This document shows, piece by piece, positions 29,045 to 39,106 of a stretch of 64,000 bases of DNA. Each line of letters begins with the position of its first letter. Position 1 is the stretch's first letter. The notes beneath the pieces are model-generated. The model did no database searches, was not told the DNA's origin, and saw nothing but the letters and a program-made list of their open reading frames with translations. The stretch covers positions 128,001 through 192,000 of the forward strand of contig CAVYVF010000023.1 of assembly GCA_963771885.1 (NCBI GenBank), written 5' to 3'. Origin of the DNA: Candidatus Bathyarchaeota archaeon. Lineage in GTDB: Archaea > Thermoproteota > Bathyarchaeia > TCS64. The translations under genes and the position numbers were made by a program.

Positions 29045-29914
29045 ATGAAGCTGATCAACAAGGACACAAAAGTCGTCGTGCAGGGCATCACTGGCACGCA
29101 GGGCAAGTTCCACGCCGCCCGCATGAGGGAGTACGGCACAAAGGTAGTAGCCGGAGTCACCCCCGGCCGCGGCGGACAGGAGGTCGACGGCACACCCGTC
29201 TACGACACCGTCGCCGAGGCAAAGGAGAGGCACGGCTGCGACGCATCCATAATCTTCGTCCCCGCAGGGGGCGCGCTAGACGCCGCCCTAGAGGCGATGG
29301 AGACAGGCATGAACCCCGTCGTCGTCATCACCGAGGGCATACCCGTCAGGGACACAATCGAGCTAGTCGCCCGCGCCAAGCAGACAGGCACCACCATCGT
29401 CGGCCCCAACACACCCGGCCTCATCAAGGCTGGCGAGTCCAAGATGGGCATCATGCCCAACCAGGTCTTCAAGCGCGGCTCCGTCGGCATCATCAGCCGC
29501 AGCGGTACACTATTCTACGAGATCGCCGCCCACGTCACGAACCAGGGACTCGGCGAGTCCACATGCGTCGGCCTCGGGGGCGACCCCGTCGTCGGCCTCG
29601 ACTACATAGAGCTCCTCAAGTGGTTCCAGAGGGACCCCGAGACGAAGGCCGTCGCCCTCATCGGCGAGATCGGCGGAGACGCCGAGGAGAAGGCAGCCGA
29701 CTTCATAGCCTCGGGGGGCTTCACGAAGCCCGTCGCCGCCTACATCGCGGGGCGCGCCGCGATACCGGGGAAGAGGATGGGCCACGCGGGCGCAATAATC
29801 CAAGGCTCAGCCGGGACAGCCGACAGCAAGATGAACGCCCTCCGCGGCGCGGGCGCCTTCATCGGCGAGCAGCCCGTGGACGTCGCCAAAGCTTTGAAGA
29901 AGGCGCTAGGCTAG
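29045..29914 (+). CDS. sucD: succinyl-CoA synthetase alpha subunit
   Basis: QGITGTQG, GPNTPG, SRSGTL, KRMGHAGA (phospho-His). Confidence 0.96.
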   Translation: MKLINKDTKVVVQGITGTQGKFHAARMREYGTKVVAGVTPGRGGQEVDGTPVYDTVAEAKERHGCDASIIFVPAGGALDAALEAMETGMNPVVVITEGIPVRDTIELVARAKQTGTTIVGPNTPGLIKAGESKMGIMPNQVFKRGSVGIISRSGTLFYEIAAHVTNQGLGESTCVGLGGDPVVGLDYIELLKWFQRDPETKAVALIGEIGGDAEEKAADFIASGGFTKPVAAYIAGRAAIPGKRMGHAGAIIQGSAGTADSKMNALRGAGAFIGEQPVDVAKALKKALG

Positions 29915-30438
29915 GCCTCGTCCAGCATCTCAAGCAGCTTGTTCAACATCTTGTAGGTGAGGCCCCAGACGATGTCGTCGCCGAGTTTGAAGACCTCGCC
30001 CTCCCATCCCTTCACCTTCGCGGTGCACCTGCTGGCGCGAAGCTCCTTGAGGTGCACCCAGCGGTACGAGGTCAGTTCGGGGTTGAGCTTGATCTCGGGA
30101 CGCCCCTCGTAGAGGTAGACTATTGGCAGCACATCCTTGCCGGGGCGGAGCGAGGAGAACATCACCGGCAGCCCGCCGATGTAGGTGAGTAGATCGAGGT
30201 CTATCCCAGTCTCCTCGCGTACCTCCCTCATCACTGTGTCCCTGAGGGTGTTGTCGCCCTGCGCCTTCTTGCCGCCCGGGAACGCCATGTCACCCGACCA
30301 GGGATCTCCCGACACCTCGGCGCGTCGCACGAGAAGAGTCTCGTAGTCGTCCCCATCCTCACGTAGAAGTATGGCAACGGCTGCCCACGCGTCCAGCGCC
30401 TCGACGCCGCGCAGCCTACGCTTCAACCTCTCGATCAA
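29911..30438 (-). CDS. Nudix hydrolase, CoA-pyrophosphatase-like
   Basis: WSGDMAFPGG...REVREETG, VWGLTY. Confidence 0.9.
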   Translation of the reverse strand: MIERLKRRLRGVEALDAWAAVAILLREDGDDYETLLVRRAEVSGDPWSGDMAFPGGKKAQGDNTLRDTVMREVREETGIDLDLLTYIGGLPVMFSSLRPGKDVLPIVYLYEGRPEIKLNPELTSYRWVHLKELRASRCTAKVKGWEGEVFKLGDDIVWGLTYKMLNKLLEMLDEA

Positions 30439-30541
30439 CGAGGACCACTCCGATTGAAACCGTCGACGCGGTTAAAATACTAATTGCTCAATTGTCCAAT
30501 TCCGGATAGGTTTATTACGGCTCAGGGGTTGTGGCTCTCCT

Positions 30542-31400
30542 GTGTCAGCCACGACGGATGAGGAGCGGAAGGGCGAGGACTTCGTTAGACGCGTAGAGGA
30601 GCTCAACAAGCTCAGGGCGCGCATGAGCAGGGTCAAGCACAAGATCGCGGTGATGAGCGGCAAGGGCGGCGTCGGCAAGAGCCTCGTCACCGTCAACCTC
30701 GCCGCGGCGCTAGCCGCGGAGGGCAAGAGGGTCGGCGTCCTCGACGCTGACATCCACGGCCCAACGGTGCCGAAGATGCTCGGCATGAAGGGGGCGCGGC
30801 TCGAGGCGAGCGCCGAAGGCGGCATAATCGCGCCTACATCGCCGTCGGGTATCAAGGTCGTCTCGATGGACTTCCTCCTCCCAACGCAGGACTCACCCGT
30901 CATCTGGCGCGGCCCCCTCAAGATGTCGGCGATACGCCAGCTTCTCTCCGACGTCGAGTGGGGCGACCTCGACTACCTCCTCGTCGACCTCCCCCCGGGG
31001 ACCGGCGACGAGGCGCTCACCGTGCTGCAGCTACTTCAGGACATCGACGGCGTCGTCATCGTGACCATGCCCAACGAGGTGAGCGGGCAGGTCGTCGAGA
31101 AGTCGGTCAGCTTCGCACGCCAGATGAAGGCTCCCATCGTCGGCCTCGTCGAGAACATGAGCTACCTCATCTGCCCCCACTGCGGTGACAGGATAGACCT
31201 CTTCGGCAAGGGCGTTGGGGAGTCGCCTCGCGAAGAAGATGGGCGTGCCCTTCCTCGGCGCGATCCCCCTCGAGCCCGGCGTCGCCAAGGGATCAGACAC
31301 GGGCAAGCCATTCGTCATGGAGAACCCGGACAGCCCCGCCGCCAAGGCGTTCAGGGTGATAGTCGCGGGCATAGAGAAGTTCGTCGGCTCAAAGCCGTGA
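30542..31400 (+). CDS. Mrp/Nbp35 Fe-S carrier ATPase (frameshift near 31220)
   Basis: SGKGGVGKS, DADIHGP, WRGP, DLPPGTGD, ENMSYLICPHCG. Confidence 0.93.
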
Positions 31401-32298
31401 CTTCCTCGCAGCGAGGATCTTCGCGGGCTCCAGGACGTTCCCCGAGTAGTTTAGGGTGAAGGACTCGGGGAATGCGTTGCATAGCTCCGCCATGGCACGG
31501 AAGCCCGTACAATGGCAAGGCGAGAGGATTCGGAGGTCATATTTCCTCAGCCCCTCAATCGTCGCCCTCGTGTACTCGGGCTTCCTACCGGTCAGGTGGG
31601 TGCCGCCGATGAGCGACTTTACCCTCTCACCAGTCAGGGATTCAACATAGTTGAGGATGTTTAGCGGGCCTGAGTGGGCGCAGCCCGTGACCACAGTCAG
31701 TCCAACGCCCTTCTCCCTGAGGAACAGCGACTGGTCATCGGGGATCGTGTCCGGGTGCCTCCGAGCCCTCCCTGACAAGCCTCTCCTTGACCAGCTCCAT
31801 GACCGTCTCGAAGCTGGCGCGGGGCACCTCCCCCGTCGCCCAGACGCCGGGGGCCACCTCTATAGGCGCCTTGGAGAGCACAACCTCCCCGCCCGCAGCC
31901 TCGATCTCGGCGACGCCCTGCCCGTCGGGGACGGATATCCTGCGCCTCTCCCCCTTCTCGTCCACCCTGAAGACGGGCTGGAACGCCGAGGGGTGGGCGT
32001 AGACCCTCACGCCCCCCGACGCCCTGACCACGTCGACAGTGGCGGAGGTGTGATCCCAGTGGCCGTGGCTGAGGACGACGGCGTCGATGCCCCCGAGGTC
32101 GACCTTGAGGGTCTTCAGGTTCCTGAGGAGGCACTCTCTGTCGCTGCCCGTGTCGAGGAGGACGCGCCTCCTTGTGCCCCGTGACTTGTATTCTAGAAGT
32201 GTCGAGAAGCCCCAGTGGGCTACCGGACCAGCGCTCTGGACGATGTTGTCGAGGATTGTCGTGAGTTTGAGGCTACTTACCTCGGCGGGGCTAATCAT
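31389..32298 (-). CDS. MBL-fold metallo-hydrolase (frameshift near 31765)
   Basis: LLDTG, LSHGHWDHT, DDQSL, TGCAHSG, GGTHL, PCHCTG. Confidence 0.9.
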
Positions 32299-32329
32299 GG
32301 AATAAAAATTGTGCATCAGAGATATAGCC

Positions 32330-33127
32330 TTAGACAGCGGGGGCCTCTCCGCCCTCGCCCGGCTTCCACCCCTTGACGTAGCCGATCGTCGTCTTCACCG
32401 AGCGGCTGAGGTAGCCGAGGTCGGTGTCGAGGGCGCAGAACCTGAAGCCCCTCTTTATCGCGTCGTTGATGTCTGTAGCGTCCTGCGTGACGAAGCAGTG
32501 CATCCCCGGCGCCACACCGTGCTCCCTCCCCGCGTCCACTATCTTATCTAGCGCCTCGATGAACTTGGGGTTCGTGTACTGCTTATGTATCCCCATATCG
32601 AGGCTGAGGTCGCTCGGCCCCACGAAGCATGCGTCCACGCCTTCGACGCTGAATATCGCGTCGAGATTCTCCACCCCCTTGACCGACTCGATCATCGGGA
32701 TTACGAGAATCTCATCGTTCGCCGTCTTGAAGTAATCAGGGTCGCGGAACGCCGCGAGGCGCGGACCCGCGCCCCTCTCCCCCTTCGGCGGGTACTTCAT
32801 GAGGCGTACCGCCTCCTTCGCCATCTCCGCCGACTCGACGCGGGGCAGCACCAGACCCATAGCGCCAGCGTCGAGCACCTTCTTGCACCAGATGAGGTCG
32901 ATCCAGGGGATGCGCGCCAAGGGCATGCACTTGCCCCGCGCGTAGAGCATGCTCTGCACGAGGCTGTGGTAGGTCTCCGGGCCGTAGGCGCTGTGCTCCA
33001 TGTCGCAGACGAGCCAGTCAAAGCCCATGTCCGCGAGGTACATCGTCATATCAGGGTGGCCGACGGTCACCCACGTCCCAATCGCCGGCTTGCCGGCCTT
33101 CAGCTTCTGCTTTACAAGGTTTCTCAT
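32330..33127 (-). CDS. HpcH/HpaI-family class II aldolase
   Basis: GFDWLVCDMEH, YPPKGERG, MIES, FVGPSDLS. Confidence 0.92.
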   Translation of the reverse strand: MRNLVKQKLKAGKPAIGTWVTVGHPDMTMYLADMGFDWLVCDMEHSAYGPETYHSLVQSMLYARGKCMPLARIPWIDLIWCKKVLDAGAMGLVLPRVESAEMAKEAVRLMKYPPKGERGAGPRLAAFRDPDYFKTANDEILVIPMIESVKGVENLDAIFSVEGVDACFVGPSDLSLDMGIHKQYTNPKFIEALDKIVDAGREHGVAPGMHCFVTQDATDINDAIKRGFRFCALDTDLGYLSRSVKTTIGYVKGWKPGEGGEAPAV

Positions 33128-33218
33128 GGCGTAGAAAGTGACGGTCTGTTCTTAATACAGTTGCCCGTGGGCGTCAATCCTAAATGATGAACACCTCCCT
33201 CTACTTCGAGGGACAGGT

Positions 33219-34532
33219 TTGAGTTTCAGCGGGGAGAAAGCCTTCGGGTACATGAAAAAGCTCGCAGAAGACATTGGGCCACGGCCCAGCGGCACAGAAA
33301 CGGAGAGGAAAGCCGCGGAGTGGATAATGTCAGAGTTCAAGAGGCTCGGCTACGACTCCAGAATAGAGGAGTTCGACGCCTTCACGGGGATAATTAAGGC
33401 GCAGAAGCTGGAGGTATTAAAACCCTACAAGGCAGAGGTCGCCTGCGAGGTCATGCCCCTTTCGGGAAGCACCGGCGCGAAAGGCGTGACCGGAGAACTG
33501 CTCTACCTCGACACATATGACGAGGAGTACATCACCCCCGAGGTGAAGGGCAAGATCATAATCACCGGCGGAGCCCCCGCCAACAGGGACCGCGCCTTCG
33601 CCCAGCTCAAGAAGTACAAGCCAGCGGGCATCATAATCATCGAGTCCACACCCAAGGCGATGGCGAAGAACCTATGGGGTAGCCCAACCTTCCGCAAGAA
33701 GTATGTCGACATACCCATGGTTAGGGTCGCCTTCGAGGACGGCGTCAACCTCGTAAAGTCGGGCGCCAAGACGATGCGCCTCGTCGCCGTCGCCGAGGAG
33801 AAGACGATTAAGACCCAGAACGTCGTCGCCGAACTCAAGGGGACGACCCGCCGAGAGGAGATCATAGTAGTCTGCGGACACTACGACACAGTATTGGAGG
33901 TCCCCGGCGCTGGCGACAACGCGGGAGGCACAGCCATCACCCTCGAACTCGCACGCGTCTTCAAGAAGAAGGGCACGAAGAGGACGATGCGCTTCATCGC
34001 CTGGGGATGCGAGGAGCTCGGACTGCTCGGCAGCCGGGAGTACGCGAGGAGGCTCAGGACGGAGAGCGAGGCGGAGAAGAAGGCGGACGAGGAAGCCGTC
34101 ACCGAGCTCGACAACACCGTCCTCTGCCTCAACCTCGACGTCCACGGCGGCATGATAGGCACGAACGTCGCCAAAGTACTCGGCCCACCCGAGCTAACGA
34201 CATCCGTGAAGCTGCTCAGCAAGGAGAAGGGCACGGTCTTCATCGTCTCAGAGGGCGTCTACTCATCCGACGGCACGCCTTTCTCCGCAGTCGGGATCCC
34301 CAGTGTCTCACTCAGCAGGGAGACGCCCACAAACCTCCTCATGCACAGCAGAGAAGACGTAGAGAAGTGGCTCAGCCCCGAGGCACTGGAGGCACACGGC
34401 CTTTTCGCCGAGGAGTTCCTCACCCGCTACGCCGCCGAGGCCGCCGCGTGGCCCTTCGAGAAGACGATACCCGAAAAGCAGAAGAAGGAAATCGAGGACT
34501 ACTTCAAGAAAGCGGGGAGAAAGCTCCCCTAG
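33219..34532 (+). CDS. M28-family metallopeptidase with PA domain
   Basis: GHYDT, GAGDNAGG, CEELGLLGS, LNLD, SDGTPF, HSRED. Confidence 0.92.
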   Translation: MSFSGEKAFGYMKKLAEDIGPRPSGTETERKAAEWIMSEFKRLGYDSRIEEFDAFTGIIKAQKLEVLKPYKAEVACEVMPLSGSTGAKGVTGELLYLDTYDEEYITPEVKGKIIITGGAPANRDRAFAQLKKYKPAGIIIIESTPKAMAKNLWGSPTFRKKYVDIPMVRVAFEDGVNLVKSGAKTMRLVAVAEEKTIKTQNVVAELKGTTRREEIIVVCGHYDTVLEVPGAGDNAGGTAITLELARVFKKKGTKRTMRFIAWGCEELGLLGSREYARRLRTESEAEKKADEEAVTELDNTVLCLNLDVHGGMIGTNVAKVLGPPELTTSVKLLSKEKGTVFIVSEGVYSSDGTPFSAVGIPSVSLSRETPTNLLMHSREDVEKWLSPEALEAHGLFAEEFLTRYAAEAAAWPFEKTIPEKQKKEIEDYFKKAGRKLP

Positions 34533-36334
34533 TCTTCTTCCTCGGGGTTCTCCTCAATCCAACTGAACTTCTTCTGCAGCGTCGAAGGGTAGTAGCTACG
34601 CCAGTCGAAGCCGACCCTGCGCCCCCAGTCGAGGTAGATGCGGGGGTCGACGTAGTTCTTCAGGCTTGTGCCGAGGTTATAGTCGCGTGTTATCTCCTGC
34701 GCCTCGACCTGCAGCCTCATGCGCTCGACAGTCTCTCTGTCGCGCTTCCGCTTCTCCTCTAGTTGCTTCTTCAGCTTGAGCGAGGCTGTGACGTAGGCGT
34801 TCTTGAGCTTGCGTACGCGTTCGCGAGCCGCCTTCGTTGCCTTACGGGCGGCGTCGAGCCTCTTCTTCGGCGCCTTGAGCTCGGCTCCGGCCTTCTCTGC
34901 CTCAGCTAGCTTTGTCCTCTGAACCTCTTCTTTCCCCTCAGCCTCGACTAGTCTTTTCTCAGCCTCGACCAGTTTCTCGCGGTACTTGTTCTCCTCGTCA
35001 GTGATCTTAGCGCGGAGTGCCTTCTCATCGGCTGATGCCTTGGCTTCGAGTTGCTTTAAGTGTGCCTTCTTTTTTTCGAGGCTCTGCTGCCAAGTCTTGG
35101 GGATGGTGCGCTTGTGGTTGCAGATTATTGCAGCTTCGAGGTTGGCGCGCAGGGCAGCTTGGCGCTTAACGTAGTCGGGGTCCTCGGGCTTGACGATCTC
35201 TTTGGCGAGTCTGCCGCCGACCGCGTCTGTGGCGTATAAGGTCCTGAAGACCTTGGCGCTGAGCCCCTCCATAATCTCCTTTAGGAAGTCGCCCACGTGG
35301 CCCGAGTTTATGCCCTCGAAGAGGCTATCCTTCCCCGCCCCGCTGGCGAAATCGCGGAGGTTGGCCACCACCTTTGGGGGCAGGGGGGCTGTGATGTTCA
35401 TCGGCACCGAGTCCTTACCGAGGAAGTTGAAGGTGACAGAGCCGTCCCTGTTGAAGCAGACGTGCTCCGGGCGGAGGGTGCTTGCGCCCACCGTATCGGC
35501 CTCGTCCTCGTCGTCCTTCTCGTCTCCGACTCTGAACTTGAGGCGGTCGATGAGGTAGCAGACCGTCGCCGTCTTGCGCCGCTTGAGGTCGGCGGTGGTG
35601 AGGTTGCCCTCTATGTGTGCCTTGACCTCGTCGAGTTTCTCCTTTAGGGCACGTGCCTTCTCGTACTTCTCCATGTCCTTCCTCTGCTTGAGGAAGCTTG
35701 CGTCGCCGGGCCAGACGTACTTCTTTTTGCCACTGAGCTTGTCCGTCCAGCGGGCAATCCACATTGTGCCGGGCTCCCAGACTATCGCCTTCCAGTTGCC
35801 CGGCGGGTGCGGGGCGTCGGGGCTGAGGTTGAGCTCTATGTCCCCGTACTGGGGACCCCTCTTCCACCTGCCCCTCCACGGGTGCTGGCCGCGGCCCATG
35901 AAGATACTGTTTGGCTCCACGTTGTAGTTGCCGAGTTCCATCCGCTGCCCGTCGACCGTGGCGTAGCCGTACTTCTCCTTGTTGGCGTCGCGCTGCGCCT
36001 TCCGCTCAGCTGCCTGCGCCTTCTTCACCTCGGGTGGGAGGTTCTGCTTCTCCTCGCGCTCGCGCTGCACGACCCTGATTATGGCGGTAAAATCTACTTC
36101 GCCAGGTTTCAGTTCGAGGCCGAGTGCCTTGCCGAAGTCCTCGTGGAAGTTCTCAGCGAACTTGGGGTCGTCGACGTAGGGCGTGCCGACCTTCTTCGCC
36201 CAGGCGACTGCTATCTCCTCCTGCTCGTCGCTAAGGCTGACGGGCTGGCCCTTGATGTTGACTGTGAATCCGCGCGCCTTGTACTTGGGGGGGACGATGA
36301 CGCCGTTGTGGTGGAGTGTGTTCACGCTGTGCAC
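34529..36334 (-). CDS. DNA topoisomerase IB, eukaryote-like long form
   Basis: LHHNGV, FMGRGQHP, FRVGDEK, FLGKDS, SAKVFRT, ICNHKR, LGTSLKNYVDPR (catalytic Tyr). Confidence 0.95.
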   Translation of the reverse strand: MHSVNTLHHNGVIVPPKYKARGFTVNIKGQPVSLSDEQEEIAVAWAKKVGTPYVDDPKFAENFHEDFGKALGLELKPGEVDFTAIIRVVQREREEKQNLPPEVKKAQAAERKAQRDANKEKYGYATVDGQRMELGNYNVEPNSIFMGRGQHPWRGRWKRGPQYGDIELNLSPDAPHPPGNWKAIVWEPGTMWIARWTDKLSGKKKYVWPGDASFLKQRKDMEKYEKARALKEKLDEVKAHIEGNLTTADLKRRKTATVCYLIDRLKFRVGDEKDDEDEADTVGASTLRPEHVCFNRDGSVTFNFLGKDSVPMNITAPLPPKVVANLRDFASGAGKDSLFEGINSGHVGDFLKEIMEGLSAKVFRTLYATDAVGGRLAKEIVKPEDPDYVKRQAALRANLEAAIICNHKRTIPKTWQQSLEKKKAHLKQLEAKASADEKALRAKITDEENKYREKLVEAEKRLVEAEGKEEVQRTKLAEAEKAGAELKAPKKRLDAARKATKAARERVRKLKNAYVTASLKLKKQLEEKRKRDRETVERMRLQVEAQEITRDYNLGTSLKNYVDPRIYLDWGRRVGFDWRSYYPSTLQKKFSWIEENPEEED

Positions 36335-36395
36335 CGGGGGGCTTTGATGAATACCGGGTGGCCCCTCTATAAAAATTACCCAAAGACTGCGGTCA

Positions 36396-36968
36396 TCAGG
36401 GGAGCGCCTTCTCCAGGTCGCCGACGCTGAGCATGGCGCCGAAGCGCTCCGCTGGCTTCCCACCCCTGAAGATGATCACAGTTGGAATGCCCATGACGTT
36501 GTACTCCTTCCACTTCTCCGTGTTTGTGACGTCCATCTCGTAGTAGTCGGCGCCCGTGTGCTTCTCGGCGAGCGCCTTGAACTGTGGCTTGATGACCTGG
36601 CAGGCTGGGCAGCCCTCGCTGCTAAATAGGAGGGCGACGGGCCTGCCCGCCCTGAGCACTTTCTCTTGGAAGTTGCCGTCGGTGATCGGGGTGATCGTCT
36701 TGGACTCGCCCCTGCTGAAGAGGTCCCTGAGCTTCGAGAGGGGGCCCGGGTACTTCTTGTAGGCGACCTGGTAGCCGACGTCCTCTATCGCCTTCTCAAT
36801 GGCTGTGAGGGGGACGGTATCCTCCATCGTGACCTTGATTGTCTTCTTGAGGTAGTTGCCCTGCGCCTTCGTGACGCCAGGGACCTTCATCACTGACTTC
36901 TCCAGCGTGACGACGCATGTGGGGCAGTCCATCCGGGTGATGCCGATCTCCTTTGTGACCTCGGGCAT
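36396..36968 (-). CDS. HMA domain-thioredoxin fusion
   Basis: RMDCPTC (HMA), then GCPAC...VMGIPT (thioredoxin with cis-Pro). Confidence 0.85.
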   Translation of the reverse strand: MPEVTKEIGITRMDCPTCVVTLEKSVMKVPGVTKAQGNYLKKTIKVTMEDTVPLTAIEKAIEDVGYQVAYKKYPGPLSKLRDLFSRGESKTITPITDGNFQEKVLRAGRPVALLFSSEGCPACQVIKPQFKALAEKHTGADYYEMDVTNTEKWKEYNVMGIPTVIIFRGGKPAERFGAMLSVGDLEKALP

Positions 36969-36970
36969 GG

Positions 36971-39039
36971 CTAGTCCCTCGGCTTCCACCTGCGGAGCAG
37001 TAGGCTGTTGTGACCACTGTTATGCTGCTGAGGGCCATGGCGCCCGCGGCGAATATCGGGTTCATCTGTATGCCCCAAGGGACGAGGACGCCCGCGGCGA
37101 CGGGTATCAGCGCCGTGTTGTAGGCGAAGGCCCAGAACAGGTTCTGCACTATCTTGCTGTATGTGCGCTTGCTCAGCTCGATGGCGGTGGATACGTCCTC
37201 CAGGTTGTTCCTGATGAGGATTATACCGGCGCTCTCGACTGCTACGTCGGTTCCGCTGCCGAGGGCTATGCCCACGTCGGAGGCGGCGAGGGCGGGCGCG
37301 TCGTTGACGCCGTCCCCAACCATCGCGGTTACGAGGCCCTCCTTCTGCAGGTCCTTTATGACGCCGACCTTGTCCTCAGGGAGGACCTCAGCGCGGAACT
37401 CGTCGATGCCTACCTGCTTCGCGATCGCCTCGGCTGTGCGCTTGTTATCGCCCGTAATCATGACGACCCTGAGGCCCAGATCCTTGAGCTTCTTCACCGC
37501 CTTGGGGGCGTTGTCCTTTACCTGGTCGGCGACGGCGATGATTCCCGTCACCTTCCCGTTCATCGACACGAATGCAAGCGTCTTGCCCTCGTCGTAGAGC
37601 CTCTCGGCCTTCGCCTTGATGTCCTCGGGGAACTCGGCCTTAGTCTCCTCCATTAAGCGGCTCGTGCCGACGACGTAGTGCCTCCTCCCGATGTCGCCCT
37701 TGACGCCCCTGCCGGCGAGCGCCTCGAAGTTCTTAGGCTCGTAGAGTTTGAGCTTCTTCTCCTCAGCCATCTTGACGACGGCCGCGGCGATCGGATGCTC
37801 GCTCAGCTTCTCAAGGCTTGCGGCGTGGGAGAGGGCATCGTCCTGGTCCTCGGCCACTATGTCCGTAACGGCGATCTCGCCCTTGGTGAGGGTACCCGTC
37901 TTGTCGAAGGCGACGGCCTGAAGACTACGCGCCTTCTCGAGGTATTCGCCATTCTTGATGAGTATACCGTTCTGTGCGCCGAGCCCCGCACCGACGAGTA
38001 TGGCTGTGGGCGTGGCTATCCCCATTGCGCAGGGGCATGCGACTATTACGACTGCGACGAAGGCGGTGAAGGCGACGCCGAAGCCAGCGCCTACGACATT
38101 GTTCCAGACGATGAACGTTGTCACTGCGATGATGAGTATAGCGGGGGTGAAGTATGCGGCGACTGTGTCGGCGAGGCGCTGTATCGGCGCCTTACTGAGC
38201 TGCGCCTCCTCGACCATCTGGACGATCTGCTGGAGGGTCGTGTTCATACCGATCTTGGTGACGTCCATCTTAAAGCTGCCCTCCCTGTTGATGGTGCCGC
38301 CAATGACCTCGTCGCCCACCTTCTTGGAGACGGGGACGCTCTCGCCGGTGATCATGCTCTCGTCGATGCTGCTGGCACCATCAACGAGGACACCGTCGAG
38401 CGGGATGCGTTCTCCAGGTTTGACGCGGAGTATGTCCATGGGCATGATCGTCTCAACGCCGACCTCCTCCTCCTTGCCGTCCTCCTTGACTATGCGCGCC
38501 ATGGGGGGCTGCAGGTCGAGCAGCTTGCGAACAGCCTCGGATGCCCTGCCGCGTGCGACCTCCTCGAGGTACTTGCCGATGAGGATGAGGCCGAGTATCA
38601 TCGCGGCAGCGTCGAAGTAGACGTCCATGCTCGGCGCCCACTGGGGGAAGAGGACGACGAAGGCGCTGTAGCCGTATGCGGTCGTCGTCCCGATTACGAT
38701 GAGAGTGTCCATGTTGGCGGTCCTCGCCTTAAGCGCTCCCCAGGCGCCGCGGTAGTATCGCCACCCGGCGATGAACTGGACGGGTGTACCCAGCAGGAGC
38801 CCCCAAATGTGGTGGCTGAAGAGCGGCGGCTCCGGGAGGAACATCATGATCATCAGGACGAAGCCGAGGGTCAGGCTGAAGATAGCGAGGTTCCTTAGCT
38901 TCTTCAGCTCGACGTCGGGGTGCTGAAATGTCAGCATGCAGCCCTCGCTGCAGAAGTAGTAGGTCTTGCCGCCCTGCTCCACCTTGAAGGCGGCGTGCTC
39001 TTCATCAACGTGCATCCCGCAGACTGGGTCGCGTGCCAT
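36971..39039 (-). CDS. copA: Cu(I) P1B-type ATPase with N-terminal YHS/TRASH domain (frameshift near 37008)
   Basis: DPVCGM...YFCSEGC, TGES, ACPCA, DKTGT, SEHP, GDGVND, YN and MALSS; corrected end TNSLLLRRWKPRD*. Confidence 0.93.
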
Positions 39040-39106
39040 TGTATTCTCTGGGTGCTCTGCGAATTACCTAAATTTAAATAGTCAGCGGAAAACTGGGCGA
39101 AAACGG

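Noticed and set aside
27898..30192. 764-aa Arg-rich ORF
   Set aside because: Real SucC N-terminus diverted by a frameshift into a stop-poor GC-rich frame over sucCD.
36796..37008. Apparent CopA C-terminal extension or CopA-HMA fusion
   Set aside because: Adding one base restores the typical VTNSLLLRR end with a stop at 36971; HMA-Trx has its own ATG.
37678..38898. 406-aa plus-strand ORF and similar long antisense ORFs across the window
   Set aside because: Shadows of GC-rich genes; no motifs and full overlap with well-supported CDSs.
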